Shown here piece after piece: positions 8,851 to 19,128 of a DNA stretch of 47,969 nucleotides (its first letter is position 1; every line of letters starts with the position of its first letter). The notes beneath the pieces are model-generated. The model did no database searches, was not told the DNA's origin, and worked only from the letters and a program-made list of their open reading frames with translations. The position numbers and the translations under genes are program-made. The stretch comes from Bacillota bacterium (GTDB taxonomy: Bacteria > Bacillota > Clostridia > Tissierellales > Sedimentibacteraceae), in the NCBI GenBank assembly GCA_036846385.1, contig DAIUCB010000001.1, positions 1 to 47,969 on the forward strand. The letters are read 5' to 3'.

Positions 8851-10458
8851 ATGAATTATAATCCATTAGAATATAAATATCCATCTAAAAGAAATGTAAT
8901 GTACGGCCATAAGGGTATGGTTGCCACATCCAATCCATTGGCGGCTCAAGCAGGTTTAGAAATAATCAAAAAGGGTGGAAATGCAATTGATGCTGCAATT
9001 GCAACGGCTGCATGTTTAACTGTCGTTGAACCTACATCAAATGGTATAGGAGGAGATGCCTTTGCATTAATATGGATTAATGATAAGCTTCATGGCTTAA
9101 ATTCAAGTGGATATTCTCCATATAGCATATCGGCTGAAAAGCTTAAGGAAAGGGGAATAAAGGAAATACCCAAATTTGGCGTAATACCTGTAATGGTACC
9201 CGGTATTCCTGCAGCATGGGCAGAGCTATCAGCTGAATTTGGCAAGCTGCCGCTTTCCGAAGCTTTAAAGCCTGCCGTAAATTATGCAAGATATGGCTTT
9301 ACCGTATCCGCAGCAGTTAAGAAATTTTGGGATATAGCATATAACAAATATAAAAAGGAGGCTATCGGTGAGGAATTTAACAATTGGTTTGAAACATTTA
9401 CTCATAACGGAAAGACACCTGACTTCGGGGAGATCTGGAAGCTGCCTCATCATGCCGATACTATAGAATTAATTGGGGAAACATATTCCGAAGCCTTTTA
9501 TAAAGGAGAAATTGCAGATAAAATAGATGCTTTCTTTAAGAAATACGAAGGCTACCTTACCAAGGAGGATTTAGTCAATTATAAGCCTGAGTGGGTAGAT
9601 CCGATCAGCGTAAATTACAGAGGCTATGATGTGTGGGAATTGCCTCCTAACGGGCAGGGACTTGTGGCGCTGATGGCATTAAATATTCTTAAGGGCTTTG
9701 AATTTAACGAAAAGGAATGCAGTGATACATTACATAAGCAAATAGAAGCAATTAAATTATCCTTTGCTGACGGACAAAAGTATATTACTGACTATAACAA
9801 AATGAAGCATGAGGTCGGAAGCTTTATGTCCGAGGATTATTCGGAAAAAAGAAGGGCCTTGTTATCTGATTATGCCCGAGTGCCTGAAGCAGGAGAACCC
9901 CAAGGCAGCGGTACAGTATACTTATGCACTGCAGACGGTGACGGAAATATGGTATCATATATCCAAAGCAATTATATGGGATTTGGTTCCGGAATTGTAA
10001 TACCTGGAACAGGTATAGCGATGCAAAACCGAGGACATAATTTCAATCTTGAGCCTGAGCATGAAAACTGTCTGGCGTCTCATAAAAAAACATATCACAC
10101 TATTATACCGGGATTTTTAACAAGAAATAACAAGGCGGTAGGACCCTTTGGAGTAATGGGCGGCTTTATGCAGCCCCAGGGACACGTTCAGGTTATTATG
10201 AATTTAATTGATTTCGGTATGAATCCTCAGGAGGCACTCGATGCACCGAGATGGCAGTGGATTAATAATATGACGGTGGAGGTAGAGCATGGCATCCCAC
10301 TCCATATAGTAAATGATTTGCTGAGAAGAGGTCACGATATTAAAATACAGCCTAATGAAGCAGGCTTTGGAAGAGGTCAGATTATTGTGAAAACAGAGGA
10401 AGGTACTCTTTGCGGCGGAACTGAAAACAGATGTGACGGACACATAGCGGTTTGGTAA
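8851..10458 (+). CDS. Gamma-glutamyltransferase-family Ntn hydrolase, cytoplasmic (YwrD/HpxW/acylase-like subgroup)
   Basis: GGNAIDAAIA, EPTSNGIGGD, autocleavage site GSG|TVYL, QSNYMGFGSG, GVMGGFMQPQGH; no signal peptide. Confidence 0.92.
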   Translation: MNYNPLEYKYPSKRNVMYGHKGMVATSNPLAAQAGLEIIKKGGNAIDAAIATAACLTVVEPTSNGIGGDAFALIWINDKLHGLNSSGYSPYSISAEKLKERGIKEIPKFGVIPVMVPGIPAAWAELSAEFGKLPLSEALKPAVNYARYGFTVSAAVKKFWDIAYNKYKKEAIGEEFNNWFETFTHNGKTPDFGEIWKLPHHADTIELIGETYSEAFYKGEIADKIDAFFKKYEGYLTKEDLVNYKPEWVDPISVNYRGYDVWELPPNGQGLVALMALNILKGFEFNEKECSDTLHKQIEAIKLSFADGQKYITDYNKMKHEVGSFMSEDYSEKRRALLSDYARVPEAGEPQGSGTVYLCTADGDGNMVSYIQSNYMGFGSGIVIPGTGIAMQNRGHNFNLEPEHENCLASHKKTYHTIIPGFLTRNNKAVGPFGVMGGFMQPQGHVQVIMNLIDFGMNPQEALDAPRWQWINNMTVEVEHGIPLHIVNDLLRRGHDIKIQPNEAGFGRGQIIVKTEEGTLCGGTENRCDGHIAVW

Positions 10459-10467
10459 AAAGTATTA

Positions 10468-10496
10468 TTGTAAAACTCTGAATGATATAATATAAT
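10468..10496 (+). promoter_or_regulatory. SigmaA promoter for yfbR
   Basis: TTGTAA-17bp-TATAAT. Confidence 0.6.
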
Positions 10497-10522
10497 GAAG
10501 AAAAATAATGGAGCTGATTAAT

Positions 10523-11107
10523 ATGAAAAATTCTAATTTCTTCGCTTTTATATCCAGAATGAAATATATAAATCGTTGGGGCTTAATGCGCAATACAAGG
10601 GAAGAAAATGTTTCCGAGCACAGTCTTGAGGTTGCTGTCATAGCACATGTTTTGACAATAATTCAAAGGAAGCGTTTAAATATAAATATTAATCCCGAAA
10701 GAACGGTTTTGTATGCAATATATCATGATTCCTCCGAAATATATACGGGAGATTTACCTACACCTGTCAAATATTATAATTCAAGTATAAAAGAAGCTTA
10801 TAAGAATGTGGAGCTGTCCGCTAATAAGAGGCTTCTGAATTTATTGCCGAAGGATTTTTATGATATATATGAACCGATTTTGATGCCTAAGGACGAAGAA
10901 AAAGCAATATGGGAAACCATAAAGGCGGCAGATAAAATAAGCGCACTTATTAAATGTATCGAAGAAGAAAAATCAGGCAATAAAGAGTTTATGAAAGCTA
11001 AGCAATCAATATTAAATGATATCAAAAATATGAACAGACAAGATGTGGAGATATTTATGGAGGAATTTATAGGAGGGTATTATCTAACGTTGGATGAAAT
11101 GGAATAG
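10523..11107 (+). CDS. yfbR: HD-domain 5'-deoxynucleotidase
   Basis: FFAFISRMKYINRWGLMRN..ENVSEHS, YHDSSEI.TGDLPTPVKY, KAADKISA, GNKEF. ATG 10523 follows GGAG; alternative start at 10508. Confidence 0.9.
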   Translation: MKNSNFFAFISRMKYINRWGLMRNTREENVSEHSLEVAVIAHVLTIIQRKRLNININPERTVLYAIYHDSSEIYTGDLPTPVKYYNSSIKEAYKNVELSANKRLLNLLPKDFYDIYEPILMPKDEEKAIWETIKAADKISALIKCIEEEKSGNKEFMKAKQSILNDIKNMNRQDVEIFMEEFIGGYYLTLDEME

Positions 11108-11143
11108 TTTTGCACAGTTGAGGGGGAAAAATAGACTGGAATA

Positions 11144-11187
11144 ATAAAGGTGATAATCGACAATAGTTCGCTGATTATCACCTTTAT
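11144..11187. terminator. Bidirectional terminator
   Basis: ATAAAGGTGATAATC / GATTATCACCTTTAT 15-bp stem between convergent genes. Confidence 0.8.
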
Positions 11188-11233
11188 ATACATCCGGCTA
11201 ATATTCAAATATTCAATTGATTACAAAAAAAAT

Positions 11234-14200
11234 TTATATTTGAAACAAGCTGTTAATTTCTTCACGGGAAAGTGAGTTTATTATTACCTCTCCTTTTTTT
11301 ATAACCGAATCTGCCAAATCCTTTTTGTTTTGTTGGAGCTTTTCTATTTTTTCTTCAATAGAATCTTTAACTATCAGCTTATATACAAGCACCTTATTTT
11401 CCTGACCTATACGATGAGTTCTGTCTGTTGCTTGATTCTGTGCGCTGATATTCCACCAAGGGTCAAAATGTATTACTACATCAGCTCCCGTCAAATTAAG
11501 TCCTGTACCTCCGGCTTTCAAGGAAATTAAAAAAACAGGAGTATTATCAGTATTAAATTTATTTGCCATTTCCAATCTTTCTTCGCTTTTAGTCGCACCT
11601 GTCAGCTTATAATAATCAATATTGTGTTGTTTTAAATTGTCCTCTATTATTTTGAGCATCGACGTAAATTGAGAAAATATTAAAATTTTGTGATTATTTT
11701 CGATACTGCTCATTAAAATTTCCATACACAAATCGAGCTTAGCGCTTTCTCCGTCATAATTTTCAAAGCATAAGGATGGATGACAACATATTTGTCTTAA
11801 TCTCGTAAGCATTGCCAGAATTCTGATTTGACTTTTATTATATCCATTTGCTGATATTTCATCGTTAAATTCTCTATGAAGCTTTAACAGCTCTGCAGAA
11901 TAGAGTTTTTTCTGTTTTATATCCATTTGCGCATAGGATATAGCTTCAATTTTATCAGGGAGCTCCTTTAAGACATCTCTTTTAAGTCTTCTCAATATAA
12001 AAGGCTGTATTTGTCTTTGAAGTCTGGTTAACAGATTTTTATTATCCTCTTTAACAATCGGCATTTCATAATTATCTTTAAATTTATTGTAGTTAAGAAG
12101 AAATCCGGGCATGATAAAGTCAAAGATAGACCACAAATCAGACAGTGAGTTTTCTATTGGTGTGCCTGTCAATGCAAAACGGATATCACTTATTAAAAGC
12201 TTAACTGCCTTTGCATTTTGAGTCGTGGAATTTTTTATATATTGGGCTTCATCTAAAATACAATATTTAAATTCAATATCCTTATAAAATTCAATATCTC
12301 TTTTTATTAAATCATATGATGTAATTATCAATTCGTAATTATTAATATCAGAAATAAGCTCAGTTCTTTGCTTCTGTGTTCCGTTAATAATTAAAGCAGT
12401 TATTTCAGGTGCAAATCTGTCTAATTCGCTTTTCCAGTTGTAAACTAAGGAGTTCGGGCATATAACTATTGATGGTTTATCTGTAATGCATTTTTCCGAC
12501 AGAAAAAGGCTTATTATCTGAAGGGTTTTACCTAAGCCCATATCATCCGCCAATATACCCCCAAGTGAATACATTGCAAGAGTTTTAAGCCATTTAAAAC
12601 CTGTTTTTTGATAATTTCTCATTATGGGGTTAAGCTTTTCGGGCAATTCAAAATCAGTTTCGTCAGAGTCTTTTATATCCCTTATCATTTCTTTGAAATT
12701 TGCTTCTTTCCTAGCATTGACCCGGGAATTGTTTTTAATTAAGCTGTCTAAATATAAGGAACGATATTTCGGTAAAACTATTTGCCCTGATATAAGCTCA
12801 TCACTTGAAACATTCAAATCATTTACAAAATGTTCAATAGTATTGAAATAATCATTATCTAAAGTTAAAAAGGAACCATCTTTTAAACGAAAATATTTTT
12901 TTCTTTTTTTATAAGTATTAAGTATATCCTTAAGCTCAGAAGGATCAAATTCAAGCTTATCAATATCTATTTCAATTAAATTGTTTTTCAGCCTAATTCC
13001 CATTGATATGGATTTAGGATATCTGATATTAATTTTCCTAAAATCATCACTTACATTTACCTCACATAGAGAGGTTAAGATGCTAATACCGGAGGTTATG
13101 AATTCATATATTTTATTTTCATCCTTCATGGAATATTTCGCGGAGGTTACTTCAAAGCCTGCATTTTCCATGGCAGCAATTATTTTAGCTTCATCTGCAA
13201 GATTACGTATGACTGTATTGTCAGATGAACATTTTTTCAAGGGATTAATTTCGGTATCCCCATAAGTAAATATTAAATTTGCATATATAAATCCATGACT
13301 GTCTGTATCCAGATATATACTTGCAGAAAGAGGCTGAATTTTATATTTATTAAAGATTTCAACATTAGATTTAACAACAGCATTTTTAGAAATCTGCGGC
13401 AGTACCGATGAACAAAATTTACCGATATAATCACTCGATAAAATTAAATCCTTAGTTGGCTGTATCATAATTTTTTGTATAGCCGGCAGTATATTATCAA
13501 CAAAATCATGGGTGCACCTATAAAATTTGTCCTCTGCAATTATATAGGTGTAATTTTTTGAAGAGGCAATAAAAGTAATGTATAAATTAGTTGTAAAAAG
13601 ATAATTGTCATTTTCGCCTTCAATGTAAAATTCTGCATCCGGATTTTTGTTTAAAAAGGTAATGCTGTCAAATTTATAATTATATCCGTGACATTCCAGA
13701 GTTTTGTTTTCAAATAAATTAAAAAAATCATCCAACGAAAACGGCAGAATTTTCAAATAACGTCCGTTTATATTATAGGAATTGAAAACCCCCTGAGTTT
13801 TTACAATAATTTGCCTGTAAGCATCTGCTTCATCTCTTAAAAAAATTGCCAAGGGCTGAGATTCCTTTTCAAACTCACATATCTTATGGCTAAATTCCAA
13901 GTTTTTTCCGTATTTTGCAAAGGTAGAATTTTTAATATAGCTTGCCAATAAATAGGCATCCTTTACAACATATTTTCTTTTATCTCCGATTTTGAATTCT
14001 ATTCCGATCGAATCTTTTTCTGAGATAAACAAAATTGGCTCAAGAGAAACAGAGCCCTCAAGTTTTTCATTTTTAACGGCATTGGTTATTTTTGTCTCAA
14101 AAACATTGATTAATTCCTCCAACTGACGGTTTTGAGCGGATGCTTGGGCCCGTTTCTGCTTTACAGATTCTAAATCACTTATAAATGTAATTTTTTTTGT

Positions 14201-14527
14201 ATTATATTTATGATATATTTTCAGTAATGCAGCCGTAATATGCTTGCAGCTCCCGGAGTATTCTAAGAAGGCAGGACAATTGCAGTCAAAGTCAAGAACA
14301 TTACCGTCATCGTCTATTGTTATGGAGGTTTCATAGGATGAATAATAGCTTCCTTTAACCTTGGCAGTATATATATTAACATGTTCTCCCAGTGTTTCAT
14401 AATAAACCTTATCAATGTCAATATGAGCTACATTGTTGCTGTTATAATATTCCAACCCCTTGATAAAGGTTTTGCCATTTGCTGCAAAGCTGCGAATATC
14501 ATTTATATTAAAATTAATTTTGTCCAT
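11234..14527 (-). CDS. SNF2-family helicase with N-terminal SWIM zinc finger
   Basis: CNCP...CKH SWIM motif; ILADDMGLGKT, LDEAQ, LTGTPIEN, LKAGGTGLNL, QATDRTHRIGQ. Confidence 0.95.
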   Translation of the reverse strand: MDKINFNINDIRSFAANGKTFIKGLEYYNSNNVAHIDIDKVYYETLGEHVNIYTAKVKGSYYSSYETSITIDDDGNVLDFDCNCPAFLEYSGSCKHITAALLKIYHKYNTKKITFISDLESVKQKRAQASAQNRQLEELINVFETKITNAVKNEKLEGSVSLEPILFISEKDSIGIEFKIGDKRKYVVKDAYLLASYIKNSTFAKYGKNLEFSHKICEFEKESQPLAIFLRDEADAYRQIIVKTQGVFNSYNINGRYLKILPFSLDDFFNLFENKTLECHGYNYKFDSITFLNKNPDAEFYIEGENDNYLFTTNLYITFIASSKNYTYIIAEDKFYRCTHDFVDNILPAIQKIMIQPTKDLILSSDYIGKFCSSVLPQISKNAVVKSNVEIFNKYKIQPLSASIYLDTDSHGFIYANLIFTYGDTEINPLKKCSSDNTVIRNLADEAKIIAAMENAGFEVTSAKYSMKDENKIYEFITSGISILTSLCEVNVSDDFRKINIRYPKSISMGIRLKNNLIEIDIDKLEFDPSELKDILNTYKKRKKYFRLKDGSFLTLDNDYFNTIEHFVNDLNVSSDELISGQIVLPKYRSLYLDSLIKNNSRVNARKEANFKEMIRDIKDSDETDFELPEKLNPIMRNYQKTGFKWLKTLAMYSLGGILADDMGLGKTLQIISLFLSEKCITDKPSIVICPNSLVYNWKSELDRFAPEITALIINGTQKQRTELISDINNYELIITSYDLIKRDIEFYKDIEFKYCILDEAQYIKNSTTQNAKAVKLLISDIRFALTGTPIENSLSDLWSIFDFIMPGFLLNYNKFKDNYEMPIVKEDNKNLLTRLQRQIQPFILRRLKRDVLKELPDKIEAISYAQMDIKQKKLYSAELLKLHREFNDEISANGYNKSQIRILAMLTRLRQICCHPSLCFENYDGESAKLDLCMEILMSSIENNHKILIFSQFTSMLKIIEDNLKQHNIDYYKLTGATKSEERLEMANKFNTDNTPVFLISLKAGGTGLNLTGADVVIHFDPWWNISAQNQATDRTHRIGQENKVLVYKLIVKDSIEEKIEKLQQNKKDLADSVIKKGEVIINSLSREEINSLFQI

Positions 14528-14699
14528 TTAGTCTCCTATCAAAAAAGTGAATCTATCAAACATTATATACTAATTTGACTTTTTTTGAAATATTAATATT
14601 CGCTATTATCATATAAGAGCTTAAAAAAATATAATCAGCAAAAATATAATCAATTATATAATATAGTAAAATATAATTTCAAGGGATTTTAAGATAAAT

Positions 14700-14745
14700 A
14701 TAAATAAAAGTTATAATTTAAATACATATTATAACTTTTATTTAT
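14700..14745. repeat. 18-bp perfect inverted repeat in a divergent intergenic region
   Basis: ATAAATAAAAGTTATAAT-N10-ATTATAACTTTTATTTAT. Confidence 0.75.
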
Positions 14746-14816
14746 TAGACTATAGAAAATTATATTGTTATACTTTAATAAATTTATTTTAATATATCAT
14801 AAAATAAGGATAAAAT

Positions 14817-15041
14817 ATGAATCAATATGGTTATATGACCTTTAAATCTGTTTCATTTGCTATGAAATTTGAAGCTGCAATAAAAAACTGCAATATTAAA
14901 ACAAAAATAATACCTGTCCCAAGAAGTATCAGCTCAAGCTGCGGATTATGCTTAAGATTTAATCTTGAGGATACGGATAGGCTTAAATCGTTTGCTGTTA
15001 ACAATAATTTAGAATATGATAAAGTTTACTCTGAAATTTAA
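14817..15041 (+). CDS. DUF3343-family small protein (putative S/Se carrier-like)
   Basis: TF.S...AMK.E...IIPVPRSISSSCGLCLRF pattern; AAGGA RBS. Confidence 0.8.
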   Translation: MNQYGYMTFKSVSFAMKFEAAIKNCNIKTKIIPVPRSISSSCGLCLRFNLEDTDRLKSFAVNNNLEYDKVYSEI

Positions 15042-15060
15042 TTTAATAGTATGCTTTATA

Positions 15061-15798
15061 TCAAGCAACAAATGTCAGATAGCATCCGCTTATAAATCCG
15101 AGCAGCAAAAAAACTGATGATATTCTGCCTTTATGGAGGATTTTAGCTTCCGGTAAAAGCTGATTGGCAGTAACATAAAGCATGCTGCTTGCGGCGGCGG
15201 ATAAGCAAAAGCCTATAAAATAATCAGAGATATCACCGAGAACTGCGCCGATTACCGCACCGAATGCAGTAGGTATTCCTGTAAGCAATGTCAAGAAAAG
15301 GACCGATACAGGAGAAGCTCCTGCCATTATCATCGGAACGCCTACACTCATTCCTTCAGGTATATTATGTGCAGTTATTAATATACTTAATTTTAAGCCA
15401 GTTTCATTAGAATGAATATAGCTCGAGCCAATCGCAATGCCTTCAGGAAAATTATGGAGGCTTAAACTTATCATTATAATCATTCCCATCTTAAAATAAC
15501 TAAGCTTTTTACCGGTATAATTTTTCAATTTATCGGTAGGAATCATTTCTTCAGCATATAAAACTGATGCCAATCCAAAAACAAGACCGAGTGTCACAAT
15601 AAAAAATCCACTGATTTCATATGCTTCAGGCAACAAATCAAAGCTTATTATAGACAGCATTATGCCGGATGCAAAGCTTAACAGGCATGATACGGCCCTA
15701 TTGCCGGGGTGACGAAATAATATTGATAAAAAACCTCCCATACAGGTGCCAATGCCGCCTATAATGAACCCTGCTATAAAAAAATTTAATATATTCAA
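15061..15798 (-). CDS. ZIP (ZupT/GufA) family metal transporter
   Basis: LHNFPEGIAIG and HNIPEGM motifs, LLPEA; TTG start with GGGAGG RBS. Confidence 0.92.
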   Translation of the reverse strand: MNILNFFIAGFIIGGIGTCMGGFLSILFRHPGNRAVSCLLSFASGIMLSIISFDLLPEAYEISGFFIVTLGLVFGLASVLYAEEMIPTDKLKNYTGKKLSYFKMGMIIMISLSLHNFPEGIAIGSSYIHSNETGLKLSILITAHNIPEGMSVGVPMIMAGASPVSVLFLTLLTGIPTAFGAVIGAVLGDISDYFIGFCLSAAASSMLYVTANQLLPEAKILHKGRISSVFLLLGFISGCYLTFVA

Positions 15799-15926
15799 AT
15801 TTAACCTCCCAGACTTCTTTCAAATTTTGCAATTAATAAGGACAATTGATTTATTTAATTATATGTGTGATATATTTAATTAAGTATAGTAAATAATATT
15901 TTATAATGATATATATACTAAATATC

Positions 15927-15955
15927 TTGTACATATTATAATTGTAGTATATAAT
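15927..15955 (+). promoter_or_regulatory. SigmaA promoter for the sua5 operon
   Basis: TTGTAC-17bp-TATAAT. Confidence 0.55.
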
Positions 15956-16041
15956 TCAATTGTAATACAATTTGAGAGAAATAATAATCAGTAATTTATC
16001 ACTGATTATTATTTTGAGAGCAATAGAAAAAGGATAAATAA

Positions 16042-17100
16042 ATGGAGAAAAATATTAATACTAAAATTGTTAAAATTGACCCTAAAAATATAGATTATGA
16101 TATAATAAAAGAAGCGGCACATGTAATAAACCAAGGTGGAACAGTTGTTTTTCCTACAGAAACTGTATATGGTATCGGTGCAGATGCTTTGAACGCAGAA
16201 GCAGTAGACAAGATATTCAAGGCAAAAGGCAGACCGCAGGATAATCCCCTTATAGTGCATATTGCAGATTTTGATGAACTAAATAATCTCGTATTAAATA
16301 TACCGATCAATGCAAAAAGGCTGGCTGATAAATATTGGCCCGGGCCTATGACTATGATTTTATATAAAAAAGATATTTTATCTGATAAAATATCTGCCGG
16401 TTTAAATACAGCAGCAATAAGGCTGCCGTCTAATGAAATAGCTCTTGCCTTAATCAAAGAAAGCAAAAAGCCGATAGCGGCTCCCAGTGCCAACTTATCA
16501 GGCAAACCAAGTCCGACGGAAGCTAATCATGTAATAGAGGATCTCATGGGAAAGGTCGATATGATTATCGATGGAGGCAGTACATCAATAGGACTGGAAT
16601 CTACCGTAGTTGATATGACTGCAGATGTACCTATGATACTCAGACCCGGCGGGATAACATATGAGGATATAGTTAGTGTTTTGGGCAATTGCGACTATGA
16701 TCCCGCAATTATAAAAAGCAGTGACAAGATTATACCAAAATCTCCGGGACAAAAATACAGACATTATCATCCTAATGCTGATATAATTCTTTATAAAGGG
16801 AATATTGATAACATTGTCAGAAAAATAAACGAAGACTATGAATTGCTGGAATCAGAAGGTAAAAGAGCGGGAATCATGTCGACGGTTCAGACTAATGAGT
16901 ATTATGGTGGCAAAAAAACTATTTGTGTAGGTGACAGAACAAAATTGCTCACTATTTCGTCTAACTTATTTAAAGACATGAGAGAATTTGATTACAGAGG
17001 AATTGATATTATACTTGCCGAATCAGTTGATGAATCCGGACTGGGTAAAGCTATAATGAACAGATTAACTAAAGCTTCGGTAAAAATAATAATTGTGTGA
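16042..17100 (+). CDS. sua5: L-threonylcarbamoyladenylate synthase (Sua5/YwlC type)
   Basis: FPTETVYG, KGRPQDNPLIVH, APSANLSGKPSPT, PGQKYRHY, C-terminal SUA5 domain. Confidence 0.95.
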   Translation: MEKNINTKIVKIDPKNIDYDIIKEAAHVINQGGTVVFPTETVYGIGADALNAEAVDKIFKAKGRPQDNPLIVHIADFDELNNLVLNIPINAKRLADKYWPGPMTMILYKKDILSDKISAGLNTAAIRLPSNEIALALIKESKKPIAAPSANLSGKPSPTEANHVIEDLMGKVDMIIDGGSTSIGLESTVVDMTADVPMILRPGGITYEDIVSVLGNCDYDPAIIKSSDKIIPKSPGQKYRHYHPNADIILYKGNIDNIVRKINEDYELLESEGKRAGIMSTVQTNEYYGGKKTICVGDRTKLLTISSNLFKDMREFDYRGIDIILAESVDESGLGKAIMNRLTKASVKIIIV

Positions 17101-17109
17101 GGATTTATT

Positions 17110-17604
17110 ATGAATATATTATTTGTATGTACGGGCAATACATGCAGAAGCAGTATGGCTGAAGGAATTTTTAATGATTTGTTAAAAGACTCAAATAAAA
17201 ATATATTTTCTTCATCGGCAGGTATACGAGCTTATGAGGGTGAAAAAGCAAATGAAAAATCAATATTGCTCCTTAATGCAAGAGGTATAGATATAAGCTC
17301 CCATCGTGCAAAACAGCTGACTGCAGATATTATTGCCAATTCAGATATTATTTTGACTATGACAGCTTATCATAAGGATATAATAATAAATTCTGTACCC
17401 GAGGCTGAAAATAAGGTATATACATTAAAGGAATATGCTTATATAATCAATGGTGAAGAAATAAATAAGAATAATTTAGATATTGCCGATCCCTACGGAA
17501 TGGACTATAATGCATATGAAACAAGTATGAAAGAAATCGAGACAGAAATAAAGAAAATAATAAATAATATAGATAAACTAAAATCTAACGGAGGTAAGAT
17601 TTAA
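17110..17604 (+). CDS. ywlE: Low-molecular-weight protein (arginine/tyrosine) phosphatase, YwlE-like
   Basis: FVCTGNTCRS P-loop, DIADPYG; conserved sua5-ywlE-rpiB order. Confidence 0.88.
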   Translation: MNILFVCTGNTCRSSMAEGIFNDLLKDSNKNIFSSSAGIRAYEGEKANEKSILLLNARGIDISSHRAKQLTADIIANSDIILTMTAYHKDIIINSVPEAENKVYTLKEYAYIINGEEINKNNLDIADPYGMDYNAYETSMKEIETEIKKIINNIDKLKSNGGKI

Positions 17605-18047
17605 TGAAAATAGTTATAGGATGTGATCACGGCGGATTTGAGTTAAAAGAAATTATTAAAACTCATTTATCGGAGAAAGGACATACTGTAATTGATATCG
17701 GCACAAACAGCAAGGATTCTGTTGATTATCCCGATTACGGAAAAAAAGCAGCAGAAATGGTTGCTGATAAGTCTGCTGACAGAGGTATAGTAATATGCGG
17801 AACAGGTATAGGAATATCAATTGCCGCAAATAAGGTTGAAGGAATCAGATGTGCTTTATGCACAAACGAATATATGGCAAAAATGTCGAGACAGCATAAT
17901 GATGCTAATATGCTGGCACTGGGAAATAGGGTAATAGGAGCAGGGCTTGCCGCTGAAATAGTTGATATATGGTTAAATACTGATTTTGAAGGCGGCAGAC
18001 ATTTATTGCGTGTAAACAAATTAATGGAAACAGAAATAAAAGGATAA
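17604..18047 (+). CDS. rpiB: Ribose-5-phosphate isomerase B
   Basis: GCDHGG, VDYPD, CGTGIG, AANKV, HNDAN, FEGGRH. Confidence 0.96.
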   Translation: MKIVIGCDHGGFELKEIIKTHLSEKGHTVIDIGTNSKDSVDYPDYGKKAAEMVADKSADRGIVICGTGIGISIAANKVEGIRCALCTNEYMAKMSRQHNDANMLALGNRVIGAGLAAEIVDIWLNTDFEGGRHLLRVNKLMETEIKG

Positions 18048-18059
18048 AAGAGGATTCAT

Positions 18060-19085
18060 ATGGCTAATTATTTTATAGCGTTTTTTTCAGCTTTAATTAT
18101 AGCATTCATTTTAACTCCACCTGCAAGGCACCTTGCCTTTAAGGTCGGTGCACTTGATGTACCTAAGGAGCCCAGAAAAATTCACAAAAAACCCATGCCC
18201 TATTTTGGAGGGTTGGCAATTTATGTGGCAATAATTTCATGTATGTTTGTATATATGCCTCACAGCAGAACGAATATTGCTGTAATAGTAGGTGCGACAA
18301 TCATTGTTCTGACAGGTATTGTAGACGATATGTTCGGTATGAATGCCAAATTAAAGCTTTTTATGCAGATTATCGCTGCTTCTGTCGCTATATACGGAGG
18401 AGTAAAAATACATTTTATTACTAATCCTTTATCAGAGACGGGTATAAGCTTGCTGAGAAACCTGACTATACCGATAACATTATTTTGGATAGTAGGAATA
18501 ACAAACACAATCAATTTAATAGACGGTTTAGACGGGCTAGCATCAGGTGTAGCCAGTATAGCTGCAACTACATTGCTGTTTACAGCTGCATTAAAGGGAT
18601 ATGATTTTATAGTTATGCAATGTGCAATAATAGCCGGGGCATCATTAGGATTTCTGCCATTTAACTTTAACCCTGCCAAAATATTTATGGGAGATACCGG
18701 AGCTCTGCTGCTTGGCTATATGCTTGCAGTGACTTCTGTTTTAGGTATGGTTAAAAGCGTTGCGGCAGTAGCGTTGGTAGTGCCTGTATTTGCGTTGGGA
18801 ATACCTATATTTGATACAACATTTGCTATTATCAGAAGATACATCAACAAAAAGCCTATTATGGAAGCTGACAAGGATCATCTTCATCATAAGCTTATGA
18901 AAAAAGGTCTGAACCAAAGACAAACGGTATTAGTCATGTATTTTATAAGTACAGTTTTAGGTCTTGCGGCAATTATTGTAGCTGATGCTGAACCTGCAGT
19001 AGGCTTTACAGTCGTAGGAGTTGTAGTTGTATTAATTTTTTACCTGGCAGGTAAAATAGGATTATTCAAGAAAAAAGAAAATTAA
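18060..19085 (+). CDS. tagO: Undecaprenyl-phosphate GlcNAc-1-phosphate transferase (TagO/WecA, GT4/MraY family)
   Basis: GIVDD, NLIDGLDGLA, PAKIFMGDTG, DKDHLHH. Confidence 0.9.
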   Translation: MANYFIAFFSALIIAFILTPPARHLAFKVGALDVPKEPRKIHKKPMPYFGGLAIYVAIISCMFVYMPHSRTNIAVIVGATIIVLTGIVDDMFGMNAKLKLFMQIIAASVAIYGGVKIHFITNPLSETGISLLRNLTIPITLFWIVGITNTINLIDGLDGLASGVASIAATTLLFTAALKGYDFIVMQCAIIAGASLGFLPFNFNPAKIFMGDTGALLLGYMLAVTSVLGMVKSVAAVALVVPVFALGIPIFDTTFAIIRRYINKKPIMEADKDHLHHKLMKKGLNQRQTVLVMYFISTVLGLAAIIVADAEPAVGFTVVGVVVVLIFYLAGKIGLFKKKEN

Positions 19086-19128
19086 CAAATGCAGCGGAGA
19101 CAGTCATTTGTATTTTTTGGAGGAAGCT

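Noticed and set aside
11234..14527. SNF2 helicase as part of an anti-phage system
   Set aside because: Stand-alone SWIM-SNF2 architecture common in Firmicutes; no nuclease, methylase or other defence genes next to it.
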